From Candidatus Methylomirabilota bacterium (lineage in GTDB: Bacteria > Methylomirabilota > Methylomirabilia > Methylomirabilales > 2-02-FULL-66-22): a DNA stretch of 53,378 bases. Under the pieces are notes generated by a model that ran no database searches, was not told the origin of the DNA, and saw nothing but the letters and a program-made list of their open reading frames with translations. Position numbers and translations under genes: made by a program. Below are positions 47,485-53,378 of the stretch, in pieces (the first letter of the stretch is position 1; every line of letters starts with the position of its first letter). The stretch spans positions 1 through 53,378 of the forward strand of contig JACPAT010000027.1 in assembly GCA_016180655.1 (NCBI GenBank), in the 5' to 3' direction.

Positions 47485-48288
47485 ATGATCCGGCGATCGG
47501 CGGTGGCGGGATCGTTTTATGCCGGGACGCGGGACCGGTTGCGCCTTCAGGTGGAGGACCTCCTCCCCAGGGAGGTCACGCGGGAGCGGGCCATCGGGGT
47601 GGTGGCGCCCCATGCCGGCTACGTCTATTCGGGGCGGGTGGCGGCGGCCGTCTACTCGCGGGTGGAGCTTCCCGAGACCTTCGTGATCCTGGGGCCGAAC
47701 CACACCGGCCTGGGGGCCGGCGCGGCCATCATGACCTATGGGCAGTGGGAGACCCCCCTGGGTGCGGTCCGCATTGACGCCGACCTGGGGAAGGCGATCC
47801 TGGCCCACTCGTCCGTCCTGGAGGAGGATCACCTTGGCCACCTCCGCGAACACTCCATCGAGGTGCAGCTTCCGTTCCTGCAGTATTTCGAGCGACCATT
47901 CACGTTCGTTCCGATCTGCCTCTTCAGCCACGAGTACGCGGCGTGCCAGGACGTGGGGCAGGCGGTGGCGCAGGCGGTGCAGGAGGCAGGGAAGCGCGTG
48001 CTGCTCGTCGCCAGCACGGACATGAGCCACTACATCTCCCGCGAAGAGGCGACGCTGAAGGATCGCAAGGCCATTGACGCCATCCTGGCCCTGGATCCGG
48101 AGGGACTGCACAGGGTGGTTCGGAAGGAAGGGATCAGCATGTGCGGATTCCACCCGACCACGGCCATGCTGGTGGCAGCCAAGGCCCTGCGCGCCACGCA
48201 GGCGGACCTCGTGATGTACACGGATTCCGGGGAAGTCACCCGGGATCTCCAGGAGGTCGTGGCGTATGCCGGCCTGGTCATCCGGTAA
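47485..48288 (+). CDS. Memo-like protein (AmmeMemoRadiSam system protein B family)
   Basis: AVAGSFY, VAPHAGYVYSG and EHSIEVQLPFLQ motifs. Confidence 0.85.
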   Translation: MIRRSAVAGSFYAGTRDRLRLQVEDLLPREVTRERAIGVVAPHAGYVYSGRVAAAVYSRVELPETFVILGPNHTGLGAGAAIMTYGQWETPLGAVRIDADLGKAILAHSSVLEEDHLGHLREHSIEVQLPFLQYFERPFTFVPICLFSHEYAACQDVGQAVAQAVQEAGKRVLLVASTDMSHYISREEATLKDRKAIDAILALDPEGLHRVVRKEGISMCGFHPTTAMLVAAKALRATQADLVMYTDSGEVTRDLQEVVAYAGLVIR

Positions 48289-48291
48289 TTG

Positions 48292-48398
48292 TGGATTGAG
48301 GATTTCGGATTGACGATGTGGGATTTACGATTGTACAGTTACGACCTGACGCGAGCCACTGCCGGAATCTCAATCATCAATCATCAATCTGCAATCTG
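48292..48398. repeat. Heptamer hairpin: NNGGATT x6 against AATCNNC x5
   Basis: GTGGATT GAGGATT TCGGATT GACGATG TGGGATT TACGATT, spacer, then AATCTCA ATCATCA ATCATCA ATCTGCA ATCTGGA. Runs directly into the ferredoxin RBS. Confidence 0.8.
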
Positions 48399-48413
48399 GA
48401 GGAGGAGGGCAGG

Positions 48414-48755
48414 ATGACCTACATCGTCGCGGAGCCGTGCATCGGGACCAAGGACCACGCTTGCGTAGACGTCTGCCCGGTCGAATGCTTCTACGAGGGG
48501 GAGGAGATGCTCTACATCCACCCCGAGGAGTGCATTGACTGCGGGGCGTGCGTGCCGGAGTGCCCGGTGGCGGCCATCTTCGAGGAGAGTGACACTCCCG
48601 AGCAGTGGAAAGAGTACATCGCCAAGAACGCGGAGGTGTTCAAGGGTGACGCCGCGCTTCCGAAGTCCCCCACCCGGGAAAAATGGGAGGAGGCAAGGAA
48701 GGATCCGGCCAGCGACGCGGCGAAGTACTACGAGAAGTACCCGCCGAAGCACTAG
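48414..48755 (+). CDS. fdxA: 7Fe ferredoxin ([3Fe-4S][4Fe-4S], FdxA type)
   Basis: [29 protein letters not shown]...[16 protein letters not shown] cysteine pattern. Confidence 0.9.
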   Translation: MTYIVAEPCIGTKDHACVDVCPVECFYEGEEMLYIHPEECIDCGACVPECPVAAIFEESDTPEQWKEYIAKNAEVFKGDAALPKSPTREKWEEARKDPASDAAKYYEKYPPKH

Positions 48756-48816
48756 GCGGCCGTTCCGGCACTCTGCAGAGGCGCAGAGGAGCCGAGGAGC
48801 AGAGGGGAAGATCGGA

Positions 48817-48862
48817 GGCGCCCAGGCGTCCCGGAGGCGGGATGCTTGGGCGCCTCTTTTCT
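48817..48862 (+). terminator. Intrinsic terminator after the ferredoxin gene
   Basis: GGCGCCCAGGCGTCCCG-gagg-CGGGATGCTTGGGCGCC (17-bp stem with two G-U pairs), followed by TCTTTTCT. Confidence 0.8.
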
Positions 48863-48954
48863 CTGACCCGATTCGTTGCTCAGACACTCCCGGCCCCGGG
48901 ATGGAAGAACGTGCATATCCTGGAGGTCGGGCGGGTGTGGACCCCCGGCTCAAC

Positions 48955-48986
48955 CGGGGTCTCGTCCTCGGAGACCCCGCTTTCTT
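48955..48986 (+). terminator. Second plus-strand terminator-like hairpin in the convergent gap
   Basis: CGGGGTCTC-gtcctcg-GAGACCCCG followed by CTTTCTT. Confidence 0.55.
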
Positions 48987-49206
48987 GAGTGGGACGACTC
49001 GGCGGCGAAAGATCAATGTTTCCAGGGGGATATCGGGTACTCCTTGCCCTGTCTCTGAGAGATGTCGGGACCGCCTTGATGTTTCCCTTCAGGTTCTGAG
49101 CCGGGGCTCAGGGGCGGGCTTCACTTTTCCGCTGAGAGCCGCGTCACTCTTCAAGATGACGCCACTGGCGGGGCGATGCTGCGAGTGATGAACCCTGGCG
49201 ATCGGC

Positions 49207-49704
49207 CTACAGCAGAGGAGGGACGCTCAGCTCTCGCCAGTCCACCGGCCGGGGGGTGGCCGGCAGCGCGCGAATCAGCAGGACGGGCTTCCGCGTGCCG
49301 CGGACGACCTTCTCGGCGATGCTCCCCATGACGAAGCGGTCGATCCCGCTCCGCCCGTGGGTCCCCATGGCGATCAGATCACTCTCCTCCTGCTCTGCAT
49401 GGGCGATGATCTCGCTGGCCACATCTCCCTCCAGGGCGACACAGCGGGCGGCGACCCCCTGGCCCTTCAGGTCCCGCTGGATCTTTCCCAGGTAGATCAT
49501 CGCCTCGGCCTTGAGGGCCGCCTTTCGCTCCGCCGCAGCCTCCGGCACGGCGTCCAGCTTCGCACCGGACGCCCCCAGAAGGAAGTGGACCACGCTGACC
49601 AGCGTGACCTCGGCTCCCATGGCCCGGGCCAGGGCCGCGGCGTGGGGCAGCACCGTCTCTGCCAGCCCGGACCCGTCCAGGGGCACCAGGATCTTCTTGT
49701 ACAT
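49207..49704 (-). CDS. Universal stress protein (UspA family)
   Basis: MYKKILVPLDGS..., GTHGRSG...GSIAEKV motifs. GGAGGG RBS before ATG 49704. Confidence 0.88.
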   Translation of the reverse strand: MYKKILVPLDGSGLAETVLPHAAALARAMGAEVTLVSVVHFLLGASGAKLDAVPEAAAERKAALKAEAMIYLGKIQRDLKGQGVAARCVALEGDVASEIIAHAEQEESDLIAMGTHGRSGIDRFVMGSIAEKVVRGTRKPVLLIRALPATPRPVDWRELSVPPLL

Positions 49705-49725
49705 GAATCCCTCCTTCGCCGATGT

Positions 49726-49795
49726 GAGATTTTCGATTGTCGATTTTCGATTTTGATCCAAATCGTCAATCACCAATCGTCAATCGAAGATCCGC
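49726..49795. repeat. Heptamer hairpin: TCGATTT x4 against AATCGNN x4
   Basis: GAGATTT TCGATTG TCGATTT TCGATTT TGATCCA / AATCGTC AATCACC AATCGTC AATCGAA. Confidence 0.8.
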
Positions 49796-49818
49796 CCGCA
49801 GGGCGAGGGGGCGGGCGG
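49792..49818 (-). terminator. GC-rich stem-loop (CCGCCCGC...GCGGGCGG) immediately after the stop of the unknown gene
   Basis: 8-bp stem. On the minus strand it is followed by ATCTTCGATT. Confidence 0.45.
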
Positions 49819-49820
49819 CG

Positions 49821-50711
49821 TCAGAACGGCACGCCGGGAGCCGTGCAGATCCCCAGCCGCTCCCCGATGGGCCGGACCATGACGGGGGGCCACCAGCGCT
49901 GCGGCAGGAGGCCGTCGTGGATGGCCCAGCTGCGGCCCCGGATGCTGCCCCACGCACCTGGCGCACGAAACGGCGTGGACCCGTCCAGTCGCCCCGCCAA
50001 GCTTGCTCCCGGCTGAAAGCCCCGGTGGATCGCCTCCATCCGATCCCGGCCCGCCAGATACCCAAAGCCCTGCCGCTCATAGACGAGGGCATTGTGATAG
50101 TAGAAGGCCTCCAGGATGAGGGCGCTCTTGCCCAGGCGCGCCGCGAAGGCCTCGATCCGGTCCAGCGTGGGTCGAAGCATCCGAAGGCCCGGGCGGATCT
50201 GCCCCGGCGTCAGCCCGGCCCGCATGGCCGATTCCTCCGCCCGCAGATTGCGGCTGCGGGCTCCCAGCTCGGTGACCTTGCCCTCGTCATCCAGGTCCAC
50301 GTCGAATCGCGGGCCCTCGGGGTCGTTCAGGATGATGAAGGTGATCTGCAGGTTCCCGTACCGGCTCTCGTCCAGCTTCAGGAACAGCGCCGGGTCGAGG
50401 GCGTCGGCCCGATGCGTGATGCTGATCCGGACCGAGGCCTCATCGGGCGGAGTCTCCAGGCTGGCCAGCCGTCTTCCCTGAGGGTCGGTGAAGGTGAGCG
50501 GGTCGAGCCCGAAGCGCTCGGAGAACGACGGGGGGATGATGGAGAGATAGCACCGATCGCGCTCTGGAACGGGGAGGGCGTTGATCTGGCGCAGGCTGAT
50601 CACCGCGCGTGGGCTCCGCCAGGGGATCAGCCCGCCTCGCTGGGGTCGGGCCCGCGACCCGCGTTGGACCAGCCGGGCCAGGCGCGGGCGACGCAGGAGT
50701 AAGCGAGCCAC
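49821..50711 (-). CDS. Hypothetical soluble protein (~296 aa) with a possible distant GNAT-like C-terminal motif
   Basis: Ordinary amino-acid composition from ~aa 220 of the 479-aa ORF (NLQITFIILNDPEGPRFDVDLDDEG..., LILEAFYYHNALVYERQGFGY). The only plausible start is GTG 50711, which overlaps the PAP2 3' end by 85 nt. Confidence 0.6.
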   Translation of the reverse strand: MARLLLRRPRLARLVQRGSRARPQRGGLIPWRSPRAVISLRQINALPVPERDRCYLSIIPPSFSERFGLDPLTFTDPQGRRLASLETPPDEASVRISITHRADALDPALFLKLDESRYGNLQITFIILNDPEGPRFDVDLDDEGKVTELGARSRNLRAEESAMRAGLTPGQIRPGLRMLRPTLDRIEAFAARLGKSALILEAFYYHNALVYERQGFGYLAGRDRMEAIHRGFQPGASLAGRLDGSTPFRAPGAWGSIRGRSWAIHDGLLPQRWWPPVMVRPIGERLGICTAPGVPF

Positions 50712-51214
50712 CCGATGCCGGCGCCCCAGAGGGCTCCGGCCAGGACGTCCGCCGGATAGTGGACGCCCACGTACACCCGGGAATAGGCCACCCCGGCCGC
50801 CAGGAGGAAGAGGGCCCACCGCCAGCGGCGGAAGCCCAGCCATCCGACTGTGGCAACGGCGAACATGTTGCTGGCGTGGTTGGAGGGCCAGGAGAAGGAC
50901 CGGGTGCAGCCAACCAGCACATGGACGTCGGGGATCACGTGACACGGCCGGATGCGTTGGAGGCCAGCCTTGATCAGGTTGGCGCCCAGGTCGGAGAGGG
51001 CCACGGCCGCCACGGCCACCACCAGCAGGACCCACATCCGTCGCCCGCCCCGCCTCATCAACAGGAAGATCCCCACGGCCGCGGGCAGGATGGCGTAGCG
51101 CTTCGTGCTCAGGATCGGCATCAGGAGATCGAAGAGCGGATTCTGGAGAGTCCGGTTGATCAGCAGAAAACCCCAGGCATCCAGGGCTCGGAGACCCGAC
51201 AGGAGATCCAGCAT
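50627..51214 (-). CDS. PAP2 superfamily lipid phosphatase
   Basis: Motifs KAGLQRIRP, SWPSNH and SRVYVGVHYPADV. Six predicted TM segments. ATG 51214. Confidence 0.88.
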   Translation of the reverse strand: MLDLLSGLRALDAWGFLLINRTLQNPLFDLLMPILSTKRYAILPAAVGIFLLMRRGGRRMWVLLVVAVAAVALSDLGANLIKAGLQRIRPCHVIPDVHVLVGCTRSFSWPSNHASNMFAVATVGWLGFRRWRWALFLLAAGVAYSRVYVGVHYPADVLAGALWGAGIGWLAYSCVARAWPGWSNAGRGPDPSEAG

Positions 51215-51222
51215 CGTCCGGC

Positions 51223-52203
51223 TCAGGTGTCCACCCGCTTGGCGGAATGGGCGTTGACAAGGAAGGCCAGGCCGCCCAGGCTGCTGACGACCAGCGTCAG
51301 AGAGAACCAGGCCAGCGACATGGTGAGCGCCGTCGCCGCGTCCACACCGACCTTGGCGAAGAAGTAGACCGTGCCCCCCTCGCGGACGCCGAGGCCGGCC
51401 ACCGACACCGGCAGCATGGCCACGACCGTGATCAGCGGGACGTACAGGAAGAAGTAGGCGATGGGCACCCCCAGGTTGAGGCCGGCACCGATCAGGTAGT
51501 AGGCGACGATGATCAGGGCCTGGAGCACGGTCGAGAGGAGGAGGGCCTGCCACAGCGCCCAGTGATGTCCCCGATAGCGGTGGAGCGCATCCACCAGGCC
51601 CTGCAGCATGTCCTGGAACCGCCCCAGGCCCACGAGTCGCAAGAGACCCAAGGCGCGCCCTTTCACGCGATCATTGAGGAGCAGGGCGAGGGTCAGACCG
51701 AATGCCGCGGCCACGAGCAGGATCATGCTGGCGACCTGGGGGTCGCGGATCTCGCCGTAGGCCAGCCCCAGCGCCACCAGGGCAATCGCGATCAGCGCGG
51801 CGAAACCGGAGAGGCGATCCACCAGGATGGAGGCGATGGAGGCATCGTGGCCCCGGGTGATCTTGTAGATGGCGTAGCCCCGGACGATGTCCCCGCCGAT
51901 CAGCGTGGGCAGGAACAGGTTGAAGAAGGCCCCCTCGAAATAGACGAGGGTGAGGCGCCACAGGGGGAGGCGAATCCCCTCGGCCGCGAGCAGGCGTTGC
52001 CAGCGCACGGCGCTGATGACGTGGCCGAAAGCGTACAGGGCCAGGCACCCCAGGAACACCTTCAGGGGCAGCGCCTGGACGGTGCGGAAGAAGGTGGCGC
52101 GGTCCGCCCGCCAGAATAGAACGGCCAGGAGCAGGCCGCTGACGAAGAGTTTGCTCAGGAAGATGAGCCGCCCTTTGGCCCGCGGCGGCGCCTGGGGTTC
52201 CAT
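51223..52203 (-). CDS. UPF0104 / lysylphosphatidylglycerol-synthase-TM-region (flippase-like) membrane protein
   Basis: Polytopic protein with the RWQRLL and GGDIVRGY motifs typical of the family. ATGA overlap with the GT2 gene. Confidence 0.8.
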   Translation of the reverse strand: MEPQAPPRAKGRLIFLSKLFVSGLLLAVLFWRADRATFFRTVQALPLKVFLGCLALYAFGHVISAVRWQRLLAAEGIRLPLWRLTLVYFEGAFFNLFLPTLIGGDIVRGYAIYKITRGHDASIASILVDRLSGFAALIAIALVALGLAYGEIRDPQVASMILLVAAAFGLTLALLLNDRVKGRALGLLRLVGLGRFQDMLQGLVDALHRYRGHHWALWQALLLSTVLQALIIVAYYLIGAGLNLGVPIAYFFLYVPLITVVAMLPVSVAGLGVREGGTVYFFAKVGVDAATALTMSLAWFSLTLVVSSLGGLAFLVNAHSAKRVDT

Positions 52204-53174
52204 CAGGCCTCCCGGCCGGGGTGGCCCAGCACGCGCTTGACCATGTAGATCGGCTTGCGCTGGGACTCGTGGTACACCCGGACGAGCAGTTCGCCCAGGA
52301 GACCCATCACGATGAGCTGCACCCCGACGAGGATGAGCAGGATCGCGAGGAACAGGAGCGGGCGTCCCCCGATCTGGGCGCCGAACGCGAGCTTGAGCAC
52401 GCTGAGATAGCCGCCGATCGCGAATCCGACGCCGGCGGCACACACCCCCAGGAGGCCAAAGACCTGGATGGGTTTCGTGGCGAAGCTCAGCAGGAACTTG
52501 ACCGTGATGAGATCCAGGATGACCCGCAGCGTTCGGAAGATGCCGTACTTGGAGCGGCCGAAACGCCGCGCCCGATGGTGCGTCTCCACCTCGGTCAGGC
52601 TGATCCCCATCCAGCTGGCGATGGCCGGGATGAAGCGGTGCATCTCGCCGTACAGGCGGAGATGCTCGACGACCTCCCGCCGGTAGGCCTTGAGGGTGCA
52701 GCCGTAATCGTGCAGGCGGATGCCGGTGACCCGGGAGATGAGCCAGTTGGCCAGCATGGAGGGAAGCCGCCGGCTCAGGAACGGGTCTTGCCGTCTCCGC
52801 CGCCAGCCACTGACCACGTCGAAGTCCTTGGCCAGGGTGAGGAGCCGCGGAATGTCGGCCGGATCGTTCTGCAGATCCCCGTCCAGGGTGACGATCACGT
52901 CGCCCCGGGCGTGGTCGAACCCGGCGGACATGGCGGCCGTCTGGCCGAAGTTCCGCCGCAAGCCCACCAGCACCCAGCGGGGGTCCTGATCGCGCACCTT
53001 CTCCAGCCGGGTCCACGTTCCATCCGTGGACCCATCATCCACCGCGACGACCTCGTAGGCGATCCCGTGGGGGTCTAGGGCCTGACGGATCTCCCCGGCG
53101 AGGAGCGGGACGTTGTCTTCCTCGTTGAAGACGGGAATCACGATGGAGAGCGTCGGTCGGACGTCAGTCGCCAC
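52203..53174 (-). CDS. GT2 polyprenyl-phosphate glycosyltransferase (ArnC/GtrB/DPM1-like, with two C-terminal TM helices)
   Basis: LSIVIPVFNEE, DDGSTDGT and DGDLQNDP (DXD) motifs. GGGAGGA RBS before GTG 53174. Confidence 0.88.
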   Translation of the reverse strand: MATDVRPTLSIVIPVFNEEDNVPLLAGEIRQALDPHGIAYEVVAVDDGSTDGTWTRLEKVRDQDPRWVLVGLRRNFGQTAAMSAGFDHARGDVIVTLDGDLQNDPADIPRLLTLAKDFDVVSGWRRRRQDPFLSRRLPSMLANWLISRVTGIRLHDYGCTLKAYRREVVEHLRLYGEMHRFIPAIASWMGISLTEVETHHRARRFGRSKYGIFRTLRVILDLITVKFLLSFATKPIQVFGLLGVCAAGVGFAIGGYLSVLKLAFGAQIGGRPLLFLAILLILVGVQLIVMGLLGELLVRVYHESQRKPIYMVKRVLGHPGREA

Positions 53175-53209
53175 GGATCCTCCCAGGAGGAGCGGAACTC
53201 AAAGCAACC

Positions 53210-53320
53210 GCAGATGAACGCAAATGAAGGCAGAGGATTCTCTGTGGGGGTCCAAACCCAAAAACTGACAACCGACAACTGACAATCTGGCGATGATCCG
53301 TTGTCGGCTGTCCGTTTTTC
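53210..53320. repeat. Decamer array GCARATGAAS x3 followed by a heptamer hairpin (CTGACAA CCGACAA CTGACAA against TTGTCGG CTGTCCG)
   Basis: Read directly upstream of the GT2 operon. Confidence 0.7.
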
Positions 53321-53378
53321 ATTGCCAATCAGTACCCAGTGAATGGGCGGGGTGGGAACCCTTGAAAATCCCGGCCCC

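Noticed and set aside
48535-49188. 217-aa plus-strand and 210-aa minus-strand ORFs in the ferredoxin-usp gap
   Set aside because: Arg/Gly/Pro/Ser-rich sequences without motifs. They run across two terminator hairpins.

Overview
GC-rich (roughly two-thirds G+C by eye) chromosomal segment of a diderm, LPS-producing bacterium. The lineage cannot be named from sequence alone. Gene content is almost entirely housekeeping. Genes run on the + strand up to ~48.7 kb, except one enoyl-CoA hydratase gene. In order: valS, birA, coaX, rplM-rpsI, argC-argJ, rpsB-tsf-pyrH-frr-cdsA-lnt, prfB (with the classical +1 frameshift), a small orphan ORF, lysS, lolE-lolD and clpC. Next comes a long outer-membrane/LPS supercluster: bamA-skp-lpxD-fabZ-lpxA-lpxI, a disrupted Gfo/Idh/MocA gene, lpxB, DUF374, waaA-lpxK-lpxL, a GT9 fragment, gmhB, a GT9 heptosyltransferase, DUF3108 and an epimerase. 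After that come a liv-type ABC transporter operon, then CBS/ACT, stand-alone REC, Memo-like and 7Fe-ferredoxin genes. A convergent minus-strand block follows: usp, an unknown protein, PAP2, a UPF0104 flippase-like protein and a GT2 polyprenyl-phosphate glycosyltransferase. The unusual part is non-coding. About 20 of roughly 30 intergenic gaps (my count by eye) carry phased tandem arrays of a 6-10 nt unit, mostly 7 nt. Each array is usually followed by the same number of reverse-complement units, which gives locus-specific hairpins. These arrays separate genes inside operons. They also supply stop codons, C-terminal tails and N-termini, abut start codons, and bracket a truncated heptosyltransferase remnant. 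I regard this repeat system as the best candidate for something undescribed. No defence system, CRISPR array, prophage, rRNA or tRNA was seen.
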